64,000 bases of DNA from Parcubacteria bacterium C7867-007 (GCA_001189195.1 LFCQ01000003.1:141645-205644); one strand, 5' to 3'; positions 8,637 through 19,263 are shown, numbered from the stretch's first letter. Made by a program: numbers and translations. Notes: generated by a model from the sequence alone, not told the origin.

Positions 8637-9701
8637 ATGCTTATCTTCGATGCAGCTCGTGTACTCATTCCATTCGTGATCTCCTTCGCGGTGGGTATTG
8701 CTGCTGCACCTCTCCTCACGCACTATCTATACAAACACAAGGCATGGAAGAAGAAGGGGGGTAAAGGGAAAGGGATGGGTGATGATACCGGCACACCTCT
8801 ATTTGATGGCCTCCATAAGGAGCGTGAGGTCTCCACACCACGCATGGGAGGCATCTTGGTATGGGGCACGGTACTTGCAACAGTACTAGGTCTCGCTATT
8901 TTAGGATGGGTCGTCCCAGAACCCTTTGCGGCTCTGGACTTCGTTAATCGTGGACAAACATGGCTTCCTCTCTTCGCGCTTATCGTGGGAGGTCTTGCAG
9001 GACTTGCTGATGACGTTCTTGAGGTAACAAAGAGTGCAGGGGGTCTTTCACTGAAGTGGCGCCTTCTTATCGTTGCAACCTTCGGTCTATTCGCAGGCTG
9101 GTGGTTCTACGCAAAACTTGGTGTTTCAGCCGTAGGACTTCCTTTTGTTGGAGCAATACCGCTTGGTGCGTTCTTTATCCCATTCTTTATATTGGTAGTG
9201 CTGGCTATCTACGCCAGTGGGGTCATTGATGGTATCGATGGCCTTGCAGGAGGAATCTTCGCCATTATCTTTATGGCATATGCAGGAATAGCTTTTGCAC
9301 AGAATCAGGTAGCGCTTGCAGCACTTTCAGCAAGTATTTCAGGTGCAACCTTTGCCTTCCTCTGGTTCAATATTCCACCTGCCCGATTCTATTTATCTGA
9401 AACAGGCAGTATGGCGCTCACCATGACACTTGCGGTCATTGCATTCTCCGCAGACGTACTGGGTGATGGAGTGGGTGTTGCCGTGCTTCCGATCATCGCA
9501 TTCCCCCTATTCATAACTGTGGTGACCAGCATGCTCCAGGTATTCTGGAAGAAAGTATTTAAAAAGAAACTGTTCCATATCGCTCCCATCCATCATCATT
9601 TTGAAGTACTGGGTTGGCCTGCATACAAGGTTACGATGCGCTATTGGATAATTACGATCATTGCAAGTATCTTCGGTATTGCCATTGCGCTTCTTAAGTA
9701 G
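8637..9701 (+). CDS. mraY: phospho-N-acetylmuramoyl-pentapeptide transferase
   Basis: Multi-TM protein with the HHHFE signature (IAPIHHHFEVLGW). Start chosen at MLIFDAARV just after the upstream stop. Confidence 0.88.
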   Translation: MLIFDAARVLIPFVISFAVGIAAAPLLTHYLYKHKAWKKKGGKGKGMGDDTGTPLFDGLHKEREVSTPRMGGILVWGTVLATVLGLAILGWVVPEPFAALDFVNRGQTWLPLFALIVGGLAGLADDVLEVTKSAGGLSLKWRLLIVATFGLFAGWWFYAKLGVSAVGLPFVGAIPLGAFFIPFFILVVLAIYASGVIDGIDGLAGGIFAIIFMAYAGIAFAQNQVALAALSASISGATFAFLWFNIPPARFYLSETGSMALTMTLAVIAFSADVLGDGVGVAVLPIIAFPLFITVVTSMLQVFWKKVFKKKLFHIAPIHHHFEVLGWPAYKVTMRYWIITIIASIFGIAIALLK

Positions 9702-9739
9702 GGGATAGGTGGCCCTACACAAATGCTACAGTAGGTAGC

Positions 9740-10861
9740 ATGAAAGCCCTGCGCTTTAGTCTTTCCGGTGATCGCGTCTTTGCGAGCATCGTACTCATAC
9801 TGGTAGTTGCAGGAATTGCCATCTTTGCGAGCGCGGCGCTTGGTCTTCTTGCTCGTGCCGGTGCTGCACCAGGAAGAATTGCGCTCACACAGATACTCCT
9901 CGGTCTCATACCGGGCATCATTGCATTGTTTGGACTACGTTTCCTGGCACCGAAACTTCTATTGAAGTTCGTTCTGCCCGTGTATGTGGTTACGATTATC
10001 CTCACCCTCCTTACCTTTACGCCACTGGGCGTAACCATCAACGGTGCGACACGCTGGATTGAGCTTGGGTTCACCACGGTTCAACCAGGAGAGTTCCTTA
10101 AGGTGTCTGTGATCCTCATGATGGCTGCATACCTCGCCCATGCAAAGCAAAAGATCACCGATTATCGACATGGACTCATTCCATTTGCAGCAATTGTGGG
10201 TATCCCTAGCATGATTCTCCTCCTGCAACCAAACACTTCAACGGTGCTTATTGTTGGAGGGGCCTGTGTGGTCATGTATTTCCTTGCAGGCGCCCCATGG
10301 AGAGACTTTGCGATCATTGCTGTCTGTACACTTGTTGCCCTTACCGCACTGGTGTTTATGAGGCCGTACCTAATGAACCGTGTGATGACCTTCATTAACC
10401 CCGCGGCAAATGCGCACACGAGTGGGTATCAGATTCAGCAGTCACTTATCGCCATTGGCTCTGGAGGATTGTTAGGAAGAGGGTTTGGACAAAGTGTACA
10501 GAAGTTTAACTATCTCCCCGAACCCGTTGGAGACTCGATCTTTGCGGTATACGGCGAAGAGTTTGGGTTCCTTGGTACCGTCTTACTCATCTTGTTATTT
10601 GTTGCATTTGCTATGCGTGGCTTAATGATTGCGGCTGAAGCCTCCACACAATTTGGGGCACTAGCGGTGACAGGTCTTACCCTTATTATTACCTTTTCCG
10701 CATTCTTAAATATTGGAGCCATGCTCAGTATTCTTCCACTCACTGGTTTACCTCTACCCTTCATTAGTCATGGAGGAACTGCCCTTATGTCTGCACTTGC
10801 CTCAGTGGGTATCATTCTCAACGTGGCTGCGCATCGTACAAAGAAAAGAGCTGCTCTATAG
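9740..10861 (+). CDS. ftsW: SEDS-family cell division protein FtsW
   Basis: 373-aa polytopic membrane protein of the FtsW/RodA family, sitting between mraY and murG. Confidence 0.8.
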   Translation: MKALRFSLSGDRVFASIVLILVVAGIAIFASAALGLLARAGAAPGRIALTQILLGLIPGIIALFGLRFLAPKLLLKFVLPVYVVTIILTLLTFTPLGVTINGATRWIELGFTTVQPGEFLKVSVILMMAAYLAHAKQKITDYRHGLIPFAAIVGIPSMILLLQPNTSTVLIVGGACVVMYFLAGAPWRDFAIIAVCTLVALTALVFMRPYLMNRVMTFINPAANAHTSGYQIQQSLIAIGSGGLLGRGFGQSVQKFNYLPEPVGDSIFAVYGEEFGFLGTVLLILLFVAFAMRGLMIAAEASTQFGALAVTGLTLIITFSAFLNIGAMLSILPLTGLPLPFISHGGTALMSALASVGIILNVAAHRTKKRAAL

Positions 10862-10863
10862 CT

Positions 10864-11298
10864 ATGGAATGCCGTAAAGGGATCGATTATACAGGAATCA
10901 GTGTTGCGTTTTCATGTCACGATGGTGAAGGGAATTATCTTCTCTCCAAAAGAACAGACCAGTGCCGAGATGAGCATGGAAGATGGGAGTCAGGAAGTGG
11001 TGCGGTAGATCTTGGTGAGGATGTTATAGAAGCTTTAATTAAAGAGATTTCTGAGGAATACGGAACCAAACCCATCAGTTATGAGTTTATAGGGTTCCGT
11101 GACCTGCATCGAGAGCATAATGGAGAACAAACTCATTGGCTCGCCATAGACTTTAAGGTACTGATTGATCCAGCCACAGTGATTAACGCTGAGCCACACA
11201 AACATGATGAGATTGGGTGGTTCAAGTTGGGTGCATTTCCAGAGCCGCTTCACTCGCAACACCCAGCATATTTAAAGAAATACGAAGAAATCCTCTAA
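10864..11298 (+). CDS. NUDIX hydrolase
   Basis: Nudix box GSGAVDLGEDVIEALIKEISEEYG matches GX5EX7REUXEEXGU. Confidence 0.8.
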   Translation: MECRKGIDYTGISVAFSCHDGEGNYLLSKRTDQCRDEHGRWESGSGAVDLGEDVIEALIKEISEEYGTKPISYEFIGFRDLHREHNGEQTHWLAIDFKVLIDPATVINAEPHKHDEIGWFKLGAFPEPLHSQHPAYLKKYEEIL

Positions 11299-11335
11299 GG
11301 ATCAGTGCACCGTGGTATAATCGTGTAAATTACTT

Positions 11336-12511
11336 ATGAAAATCGTGTTTACGGGCGGCGGCACTGGCGGACATTTCTATCCTATTATTGCGGTTGCTGA
11401 AGCCGTACAGAAGATCGTTGTGGAGGAGCGGTTGCTCCCTCCAACCATGTACTACATTGCACCCGTTCCCTATGATGAGCAGGCATTGTTCGAAAACAAC
11501 GTTCAGTTCATTGCATGCCCGGCAGGGAAGCTGCGACGCTATTTCTCAGTGAAGAACTTCACCGACTTCTTTGTTACACTCTCAGGATTCATTCGTGCTT
11601 TTTTCACGCTCCTAAAGATCTATCCTGATGTGGTCTTTTCAAAGGGAGGCTACGCTAGCGTACCAACTGTATTGGCAGCGCATCTCCTTCGTATTCCAAT
11701 TATTATTCATGAGTCTGACTCAAAACCAGGAAAGGCAAACCTCCTTGCTGCTAAGTATGCATACCGTATTGCAGTGACATTCAACTCTTCAATACCGATG
11801 TTCCCACCGAAGACGCGTGAGAATATTGCACGCACTGGTATTCCTATCCGTGCGGCACTTGCAACACCACTTCCGCAAGGAGCTGCACAGGAACTCGGTC
11901 TCGACACCACTGTCCCTACCATTTTCATTCTTGGAGGTTCAACAGGTTCCAAGAAGATTAATGAGGTGGTACTTCAGGCATTACCTGGCTTAGTGAGTTT
12001 TGCCAATGTTATTCATCAAACTGGCAAGGATAATTTCGTTGAGGCAGAAGGTACCGCAAAAGTAGTGTTGGGTTCAAGTGAGCATGCTAATCGCTATCAT
12101 GTATTTCCATTCCTAGGACGAGACGCCATGCGTATGGCAGCGGGTGCTGCGTCGCTAGTTATCTCACGCGCAGGAGCAACCTCCATTACAGAGATCTCAC
12201 TCTGGCACAAACCCTCGATTCTCATTCCTATTCCTGAATCGGTGAGCCACGATCAACGCACCAATGCATACGCCTATGCACATACAGGTGCTGCGGTAGT
12301 GCTAGAGGAGCACAATATGACTCCCCACATCTTTGCGTCTGAAGCTCGTCGTATCCTCGGTGATCAGAACGTGTGGCAAACCATGGCTAATAACACTATG
12401 AGCTTTGCTAATGCAGACGCAGCAGCGTTGATTGCCACAGAACTTATACGTATTGGTAAGTCACACAACCCAACAGAAGCTGCTACTGCTGCAGCACAAA
12501 CACCCGTATGA
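11336..12511 (+). CDS. murG: undecaprenyl-PP-MurNAc-pentapeptide-UDP-GlcNAc GlcNAc transferase
   Basis: N-terminus MKIVFTGGGTGGHFYPIIAV is the MurG G-loop 1. GT-B fold length. Confidence 0.88.
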   Translation: MKIVFTGGGTGGHFYPIIAVAEAVQKIVVEERLLPPTMYYIAPVPYDEQALFENNVQFIACPAGKLRRYFSVKNFTDFFVTLSGFIRAFFTLLKIYPDVVFSKGGYASVPTVLAAHLLRIPIIIHESDSKPGKANLLAAKYAYRIAVTFNSSIPMFPPKTRENIARTGIPIRAALATPLPQGAAQELGLDTTVPTIFILGGSTGSKKINEVVLQALPGLVSFANVIHQTGKDNFVEAEGTAKVVLGSSEHANRYHVFPFLGRDAMRMAAGAASLVISRAGATSITEISLWHKPSILIPIPESVSHDQRTNAYAYAHTGAAVVLEEHNMTPHIFASEARRILGDQNVWQTMANNTMSFANADAAALIATELIRIGKSHNPTEAATAAAQTPV

Positions 12512-13827
12512 CCGTAAAGACCCGTATCGCTCCTAGTCCCACAGGGTGGCTCCATATTGGAACCGCACGCACAGCATTATTCTGCTATCTCTATGCAAAA
12601 CACCATGGCGGAAAGTTTGCTATTCGTAGTGAAGATACCGATCGTGCACGTAGTCTTCCTGAATATGAGGAAGAGATTCTCGCGGGTCTTGCATGGCTCG
12701 GTCTTGAACATGATGAGTTCGTACGTCAAAGTGAACGGGTATCACGACATCAGGAACTTCTTGAGAAACTCGTTGAAGAAGGCAAAGCGTATGTATCTGA
12801 GGAAGAGAGCAAGAGTGAGGCAGGGAAGATGGTACAGATTGTACGACTTAAGAATCCTGGCAAGAGTGTAACGTTCACTGACCTTGTTCGCGGTGAGATA
12901 ACCTTTGATACTTCAGACCTAGGGGACTTCGTTATTGCACGTGCCATTGATGATCCGCTCTATCATTTTGCGGTAGTGGTAGACGATATGGATATGGAGA
13001 TAACTCATGTGATTCGTGGTGAAGACCATATTTCAAACACCCCACGCCAGATTCTTATTCAAGAAGCACTGGGTGCTCCTCGTCCTGCATACGCACACCT
13101 TCCGCTAATCCTGGCACCAGACCGTACCAAACTATCTAAACGTCATGGTGCGACCTCAATCGCAGACTATCGCTCCGAGGGTTTTCTCCCAGAAGCATTT
13201 GTTAACTACATCGGTATGCTTGGGTGGAATCCCGGCAATGATAGGGAGGAATATTCACTTGCTGAATTTGTTGAGGCATTTGAGCTTGATGGGGTACAGA
13301 AGCATGGGGCAATCTGGAATCGCGAGAAACTGCTTGATGTGAATCAACAGTGGATGCGAAAGCTTTCTGATGAGGACTTTATAGTTCAAGGAGGCATCAC
13401 TGCGCCAGACGATACAAAACTTCGTATGATCGTTCCACTTCTCAAGGAACGGGCAAAAACATTTAAAGAGGCACGTGACATGATCACGGGTGAGCTCGCG
13501 TGTATGTTCAGTGCCCCAACTCTAGACACAGCGCTCCTCACCGTAAAGGATGTGGGTGGAAATACTGCTACACACTTACAGAGGCTTTTAAATCTGTTTC
13601 CTGACCTTCATGAGGGAATGACTGCAGATGAGATTAAAGCGGTACTCATGCCCTACGCAGACACTGTTTCAAAAGAAGAGGGGGGACGTGGGGCAGCTCT
13701 TTGGCCCCTACGCTATGCGCTTTCAGGCGAGGAACGGTCACCAGACCCCTTTACACTCATTTCTATTCTTGGAGCAGGAGAAAGTGGCGTGCGCATCCAA
13801 AATGCCCTTGATATACTGAAAGGATGA
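12508..13827 (+). CDS. gltX: glutamyl-tRNA synthetase
   Basis: HIGH motif in PSPTGWLHIGTART and KMSKS as KLSKRHG. Start overlaps the murG stop. Confidence 0.88.
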   Translation: MTVKTRIAPSPTGWLHIGTARTALFCYLYAKHHGGKFAIRSEDTDRARSLPEYEEEILAGLAWLGLEHDEFVRQSERVSRHQELLEKLVEEGKAYVSEEESKSEAGKMVQIVRLKNPGKSVTFTDLVRGEITFDTSDLGDFVIARAIDDPLYHFAVVVDDMDMEITHVIRGEDHISNTPRQILIQEALGAPRPAYAHLPLILAPDRTKLSKRHGATSIADYRSEGFLPEAFVNYIGMLGWNPGNDREEYSLAEFVEAFELDGVQKHGAIWNREKLLDVNQQWMRKLSDEDFIVQGGITAPDDTKLRMIVPLLKERAKTFKEARDMITGELACMFSAPTLDTALLTVKDVGGNTATHLQRLLNLFPDLHEGMTADEIKAVLMPYADTVSKEEGGRGAALWPLRYALSGEERSPDPFTLISILGAGESGVRIQNALDILKG

Positions 13828-15194
13828 GTTCCTTCAGTACCATTGTTTCAACTAAAAATGTAGGCCGCGGTATTGTTGGTGTGCTTTGTTTGCTCGTACT
13901 CGCAAGCAGTGCACCCGAGAATCTGGTGTTTGCGCAAACCGCAACAGAAGTACAAGAAAAGATTGATGATCACAATGCGAAGATCAAAGCGCTTGATGCA
14001 GAGATAGCTGCATATCAACAGCAGCTCAATGTATTAGGGGGACAGAAGCAAACCCTGACTTCAGCTATTAAATCAATTGATGTTTCTCGTCAACAAACCA
14101 CTACTCAAGTGAAGGTGACGGAAAATAGGATTGGTGCCACTGACCTACAGCTTTCGCAGATACGTCGTGAAATCGCCACCAAGCAGGATCTCATTGAGCT
14201 AGACCGTGATGCGGTTGCTCAGGCTCTTCGTAATATGCAGTTGGCGAATCACACTACGCTTGTAGAGCAAATACTTGGCGCTGACACCCTCACAGAGGCC
14301 TGGACCGACATAGATCGCTTCACTAGTATCACGGACGCATTACGTGCCCAGGTAGAAGCTCTTTCAGGAGCAAAGATTGCTCTTGCGGGAGAAGAAAATA
14401 ATGCAGCTGCGGCCCGTGAAAAGCTTGCATCTCTGCAGAAAGAATTGGTGACTCAACAGAAAGCACTTGATGCAAATAAAGCAGCTAAGGCTGCTCTCCT
14501 TACGCAAACAAAGAATCAGGAAGGAACATACCAATCTCTCATTGCAAAGAAGCGTGCAGAGCAGAAAGCATTCGAAGCAGAGCTCTCTGCACTTGAAGAT
14601 AGTCTTAGGGTGACGGTTAACACAGGCAGCATTCCTCATGTAGGAAGCGGGGTACTTGCATGGCCATTCTCAACCACCTTTGCACAAAGCTGTCTTGGAA
14701 AGGCGGGCGCACTCAAGAACAACTTCTGTATCACTCAGTATTTCGGTACCACTCCTTTCTCAACTGCGAATCCACAGGTATATAACGGCTCAGGCCACAA
14801 TGCGATCGATATCGGTATGCCGGTTGGTACACCGGTACTTGCGGCTCTTTCCGGTACGGTATTAGGTACAGGAAACACTGATGCGGTACCTGGTTGCTAC
14901 TCATTTGGTAAGTGGGCACTAGTTAAACATGCTAATGGACTTGCGACACTGTACTCACACCTCTCACAGGTTTCTGTAGCAGCAGGGCAGGCAGTTTCAA
15001 CTGGTGACGCTGTTGGATACTCGGGCATGACCGGCTATGCAACCGGACCACATCTCCACTTTGGTGTGTATGTATCTCAAGCAACACAGATTATGACGCT
15101 TCAAGCATATCGTGGGGCAACCACTCCTTGTGCAAATGCACGTATGCCTGTTGCTCCTAAGGATGCGTACTTGAATCCGATGTCGTACCTATAA
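13824..15194 (+). CDS. M23 family peptidase with N-terminal coiled coil (EnvC-like)
   Basis: Signal/TM N-terminus and a long coiled coil. C-terminal M23 motifs HNAIDIGMPVGTPV and HLHFGVY. Start overlaps the gltX stop. Confidence 0.8.
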   Translation: MSSFSTIVSTKNVGRGIVGVLCLLVLASSAPENLVFAQTATEVQEKIDDHNAKIKALDAEIAAYQQQLNVLGGQKQTLTSAIKSIDVSRQQTTTQVKVTENRIGATDLQLSQIRREIATKQDLIELDRDAVAQALRNMQLANHTTLVEQILGADTLTEAWTDIDRFTSITDALRAQVEALSGAKIALAGEENNAAAAREKLASLQKELVTQQKALDANKAAKAALLTQTKNQEGTYQSLIAKKRAEQKAFEAELSALEDSLRVTVNTGSIPHVGSGVLAWPFSTTFAQSCLGKAGALKNNFCITQYFGTTPFSTANPQVYNGSGHNAIDIGMPVGTPVLAALSGTVLGTGNTDAVPGCYSFGKWALVKHANGLATLYSHLSQVSVAAGQAVSTGDAVGYSGMTGYATGPHLHFGVYVSQATQIMTLQAYRGATTPCANARMPVAPKDAYLNPMSYL

Positions 15195-15204
15195 AAAGAA
15201 AAGA

Positions 15205-15241
15205 GCCGACGCGCGGACGAACTAGTCGTCTTTGCGTCGGC
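15205..15241. terminator. hairpin between convergent genes (likely terminator, mainly for the minus-strand gene)
   Basis: gccgacgc...gcgtcggc 8-bp stem with an inner gacg/cgtc stem. T-rich run on the minus-strand side. Confidence 0.45.
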
Positions 15242-15263
15242 CCTGTTTCGCCGCTGGTATCCG

Positions 15264-15752
15264 TCAGACCTTCCTGTTGGTGTTGACCTCGCCTCTACCA
15301 AGCATTGGCTGAAGACCTATAGGCCAATCAACAACTTGTAAGTTACCGGGCGAGAGATCCCACCCAGCCCGATACATCACGAACTGGACCGTGTATCCGT
15401 CCAAGGTCGTGTGTTTCAAGGTAACAAACATGAGCTTATGATGCTCATCATGGAATGCCACCGGAATTGCATCCAGGTTAATCCGTAGATCAACGAGTTG
15501 AGACCGTGCTCTCTTCCACGCACCTCCACGGAACTGCTTGATCTCCTTATGCGGATGATGTGGATCTGGACGAACTCGAGGTCCTCCCACAATCATGTGC
15601 ACATCGGAAATCCTGAGATGCTTTTCTTGGAGAAATAGATCGATTGTTGCTCCTTGAAAGAGTCCTGTTTGGAGACCCTCCGCCAAGTTGCGGAATGGCT
15701 GCCCCAGAGCAAACAGTTCCAAATCGTTAGGAACGAGCGTGTTCATGTGCAT
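15264..15752 (-). CDS. hypothetical protein
   Basis: 162-aa ORF with His-rich segments (PDPHHPHKE, FHDEHHKLM). No family recognised with confidence. Confidence 0.45.
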   Translation of the reverse strand: MHMNTLVPNDLELFALGQPFRNLAEGLQTGLFQGATIDLFLQEKHLRISDVHMIVGGPRVRPDPHHPHKEIKQFRGGAWKRARSQLVDLRINLDAIPVAFHDEHHKLMFVTLKHTTLDGYTVQFVMYRAGWDLSPGNLQVVDWPIGLQPMLGRGEVNTNRKV

Positions 15753-15853
15753 TACCCCTATTGAATCTAATATCTTTATAACCTGTTTAATTTAAAATGT
15801 CAATTTAGTGAATTTCATCGGTGCGTAATACGTATGTGCTAGGGTTTATACAT

Positions 15854-16759
15854 ATGCAAAAAATCATCCCTCATCTCTGGTTTGATACTCAAGCAAAGGA
15901 AGCAGCAGAGTTTTATGTCTCTGCATTTAAGGATTCAAAGATTACGAACATAACCACACTGCAGGATACTCCTTCTGGGGATGCCGATACCGTGTCATTC
16001 AATCTTTCAGGGTACTCGTTTATGGCCATAAGTGCTGGACCATACTTCACACTGAATCCGTCTATCTCATTCATGGTGAACTTTGATCCATCACGAGATG
16101 AGCACGCAGAAACATATCTTCGTGAACTATGGAGCAAACTTTCTGAGGGTGGTAAGGATCTCATGCCACTTCAGGAGTATCCATTCAGCAAACTATATGG
16201 ATGGACTCAGGATAAGTTCGGAGTATCGTGGCAGCTCATTCTCTCAGATTCTGATGGTGAACCCCGACCATTTATAATTCCATCGCTCCTGTTCGTTGGC
16301 GACGTGTGCGGCAAGGCAGAGGAAGCAGGGGACTTCTATCTTTCCGTATTTAAGGATGCAACGCGTGGAATTATTGCTCGATATCCTTCGGGCATGGATC
16401 CAGAGAAAGAAGGCACACTTATGTTTAGCGACCTTCAACTTGAAGGACAGTGGTTCACGGCAATGGATAGTGCGCAGGATCATAAGTTCGCTTTTAGCGA
16501 AGCGGTATCATTTATCGTGAATTGCGATTCCCAGGAAGAAATTGATTACTATTGGGACAAACTCTCAGCGGTCCCAGAGTCTGAGCAGTGTGGCTGGCTT
16601 AAGGATAAGTTCGGAGTATCGTGGCAGATTGTTCCCGCAATAATGAATGAAATGATGCGCGATGGCTCTCCAGAACAAATCAAACGTGTTACCGAAGCAT
16701 TCTTGAAAATGAAGAAGTTTGATATTGCAACACTTGAAGAGGCGTACAAAGGTGGGTAG
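15854..16759 (+). CDS. tandem PhnB-like/VOC (3-demethylubiquinone-9 3-methyltransferase-domain) protein
   Basis: Two repeats of the IIPxLWF...YGWxxDKFGVSWQ(L/I) signature typical of PhnB-like glyoxalase-fold proteins. Confidence 0.65.
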   Translation: MQKIIPHLWFDTQAKEAAEFYVSAFKDSKITNITTLQDTPSGDADTVSFNLSGYSFMAISAGPYFTLNPSISFMVNFDPSRDEHAETYLRELWSKLSEGGKDLMPLQEYPFSKLYGWTQDKFGVSWQLILSDSDGEPRPFIIPSLLFVGDVCGKAEEAGDFYLSVFKDATRGIIARYPSGMDPEKEGTLMFSDLQLEGQWFTAMDSAQDHKFAFSEAVSFIVNCDSQEEIDYYWDKLSAVPESEQCGWLKDKFGVSWQIVPAIMNEMMRDGSPEQIKRVTEAFLKMKKFDIATLEEAYKGG

Positions 16760-16809
16760 GGGAGTTATGTACACACAGAGAACAAGAGTTCTCTTGTATA
16801 CTCAACGTA

Positions 16810-17376
16810 ATGCGAAAGACAAAGTACGCACGCGCGCTTGAGCATCTTGAGTGGGATGTAGTGATTATTATATTCAGTATTCTTCTTGCACTTCTCCTTG
16901 TAGAGGTGGGGGTATTTGAACGCTTCCTAAGCTTTGCGCAGGGGTTGGATCTTGTTGCTGCGTTCATTGCAGGGATCTTCTTCACTTCCACGTTCACCAT
17001 CGCACCCGCCACAATCGCCTTTGTCGAAATAGGCACTACGGCAAACATGATCCCTGTCTCTATCGCAGGCGCACTGGGTGCGGTATGTGGAGACATGATT
17101 ATCTTCCTCTTTATCCGCGACACCATTATGGAGGACCTCAAAACAGTGCTCCGAAAAAGGAACTACCACAAAATCATCGCCTTTACGCATGGAGGCATCA
17201 TGCGTTGGCTCTCTCCTGTTATTGGTGCGCTTATCATCGCCTCGCCACTTCCAGACGAATTCGGACTAACGATAATGGGAATGTCTAAAATGCGCTCGAT
17301 CTATCTTATTCCAATTGCCTTTGTTATGAACTTCCTGGGTATCTGGGCGGTCATATCTATTGCTACTGCACTTTAA
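16810..17376 (+). CDS. hypothetical membrane protein
   Basis: 188 aa with 5-6 hydrophobic helices. Confidence 0.5.
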   Translation: MRKTKYARALEHLEWDVVIIIFSILLALLLVEVGVFERFLSFAQGLDLVAAFIAGIFFTSTFTIAPATIAFVEIGTTANMIPVSIAGALGAVCGDMIIFLFIRDTIMEDLKTVLRKRNYHKIIAFTHGGIMRWLSPVIGALIIASPLPDEFGLTIMGMSKMRSIYLIPIAFVMNFLGIWAVISIATAL

Positions 17377-17434
17377 TTTGATTTTAGATATAAACGTGTT
17401 ATAAACACTTTAGACGCAAGCAAAGGAGCCAGCA

Positions 17435-17980
17435 ATGGCCGTTGAAAACATTGCCGATCTGGTTCCTGTGCTGGGACCACATTTTCCTCGTCGCTTGACC
17501 TTTTTTACCGCAGGAGTGATGACGCCAAGTTCTGAACCAGGCCACTGGGAAATTCCTCTGACGCATACCGCAAGTGGACGCCGTCCCTTTACCCTGATGC
17601 TGCGCTGGGATGGGCATCTCAAGCTTAAGGGCTACATTCATATCGACAACGTGGTGCCAGCCCCCTATGCTGCGATGCTTGACTACAAACTTAAAGAAAT
17701 ATCAGTGTTACTTCCCCCAGCGACAGAGGGAAGGTCGTACAGTCTGGAAGTGGGGATCGACAACAAGACCTCGACCAGTACGCTGGTTCAACTAAGTTTC
17801 TGGTTACATATGTCTCCCTCACTTGAAGCAGTGTTTGTTTCTGGTCGACCGTTCAGTGATTTCCAGAAGGACCTCTTCTTCGGCTGGCTGGATCCTTACA
17901 TGAATCGCATGAGCGTATACGGGGCTCTGATCTACAACCTACACAACGAACTCAAGAACAAGACTAGTTCACTCAGCTAA
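17435..17980 (+). CDS. hypothetical protein
   Basis: AAGGAG RBS 6 nt upstream of ATG. 181-aa ORF with no recognised motif. A bidirectional terminator hairpin follows at 17981-18031. Confidence 0.5.
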   Translation: MAVENIADLVPVLGPHFPRRLTFFTAGVMTPSSEPGHWEIPLTHTASGRRPFTLMLRWDGHLKLKGYIHIDNVVPAPYAAMLDYKLKEISVLLPPATEGRSYSLEVGIDNKTSTSTLVQLSFWLHMSPSLEAVFVSGRPFSDFQKDLFFGWLDPYMNRMSVYGALIYNLHNELKNKTSSLS

Positions 17981-18031
17981 TCAGCAAGGTAACCTTGCAC
18001 TATCGGCTTCCTCTTTCTGAGGTGGCCGATT

Positions 18032-18676
18032 TTATTTAGTATCACGAACACGCCACAACACTCGACTCGCAAAAGTACGATGTGGTGACCATTTTGCTGC
18101 AATGACCTCAAGCTGTTTCACAGGTACATCTTTGGGCAGATTATAGAGCTGCTCAATGGAGCGGCGCAGACCAAGATCACCCGGTGAGAATACATCTTCT
18201 CGTTCTAGTGCAAACATTAGAAACATTTCTGCGGTCCAACGACCAATACCCCACACAGAACTCAATTGAACGATTGCTTCCTCCTCAGGGATCTTCTTTA
18301 ACTTCTCCAGCTTTAATTCACCAGAAAGTATTACCTTGGAAAGTTCTTTAAGGGATTTGACCTTTGCTGCTGAGAGACCTGCCTTGCGTAGGGTGGGGGT
18401 ACGAAGTTTGGTTATAGCTTCAGGAGATACTTGGCCCCCACATGCAGTTTTAAGGCGCTCCCATATAGTGTCTGCTGCTTTTGTTGATAGTTGTTGTCCC
18501 ACAATTGCCCCTGCCAGTGCCTCAAACAACTTCTTATAGGAACGACGGTGACCTTTCCGATTCAGGATCTCATCTGCATGGGGCAGGGAAGCGGCATAAA
18601 GGATGGGGTCTACTGCTCGCAAGTGAAGTATGGGAGGAGCACCCTTTCCCCCTCTACTGGCTTTCGCTGACTTCAT
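18032..18676 (-). CDS. HhH-GPD DNA glycosylase (AlkA-like 3-methyladenine DNA glycosylase)
   Basis: IVGQQLSTKAA segment, helix-hairpin-helix VWGIGRWTAEMFLMFAL, and catalytic Asp in FSPGDLGLRR. Confidence 0.78.
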   Translation of the reverse strand: MKSAKASRGGKGAPPILHLRAVDPILYAASLPHADEILNRKGHRRSYKKLFEALAGAIVGQQLSTKAADTIWERLKTACGGQVSPEAITKLRTPTLRKAGLSAAKVKSLKELSKVILSGELKLEKLKKIPEEEAIVQLSSVWGIGRWTAEMFLMFALEREDVFSPGDLGLRRSIEQLYNLPKDVPVKQLEVIAAKWSPHRTFASRVLWRVRDTK

Positions 18677-18698
18677 AGGGCCAGTATACTGGATCTAT

Positions 18699-18905
18699 AT
18701 GGTACGTCTTATTGTCTGGGTCGTGGTGGGCCTGTTGGCTCTGTCTTTCTTCGGAGTATCTTTACGAAGCCTCGTAGAATCACCTACCAACCAGGAGAAT
18801 ATCTCTTTTGTCTCGCAACTCCTTAAGCAAGGCTGGGGTTCAATAAGCATGTGGGTACATGCAGTGATTGATCCGATCATGAGCTTCATACGCCTACCTT
18901 TCTAA
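18699..18905 (+). CDS. small hypothetical membrane protein
   Basis: Start chosen at MVRLIVWVVVGLLAL to avoid overlap with the upstream minus-strand gene. One TM helix. Confidence 0.35.
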   Translation: MVRLIVWVVVGLLALSFFGVSLRSLVESPTNQENISFVSQLLKQGWGSISMWVHAVIDPIMSFIRLPF

Positions 18906-18906
18906 T

Positions 18907-19155
18907 ATGGAAGAGAAACCTATCTCCATAACCATTCCTCAAGAAGCTCGACCGTCCTTTTCTAATGCTACACAGGTGACTGTTTCTGATGATTCAGTGG
19001 TGCTTCAATTTGCATACGTACGTCCAGACCACACCACCGGCCAACTTGTTTCTGAAGTAGTGCTTTCTCCTAAGCATGCGATTGATTTTAGTCGTGCACT
19101 TGATGCAACTATTAAGCAGCACTTCACTCGACACCTCGAGGATCTTGGTCTATAG
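18907..19155 (+). CDS. small hypothetical protein (DUF3467-like pattern)
   Basis: 82 aa, start-coupled to the previous ORF. The NATQVTVSDDSVVLQFAYVRP segment resembles DUF3467 family proteins, but weakly. Confidence 0.4.
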   Translation: MEEKPISITIPQEARPSFSNATQVTVSDDSVVLQFAYVRPDHTTGQLVSEVVLSPKHAIDFSRALDATIKQHFTRHLEDLGL

Positions 19156-19263
19156 ACCGCCTCATAAGGCCCTTTCTGGTCTTCATGAAATACACAGCAC
19201 TGAAAGCGTATAAACACAGTAGTCAGTAGCAACTCACTGACACTCATTAATTTACTGATAGAT

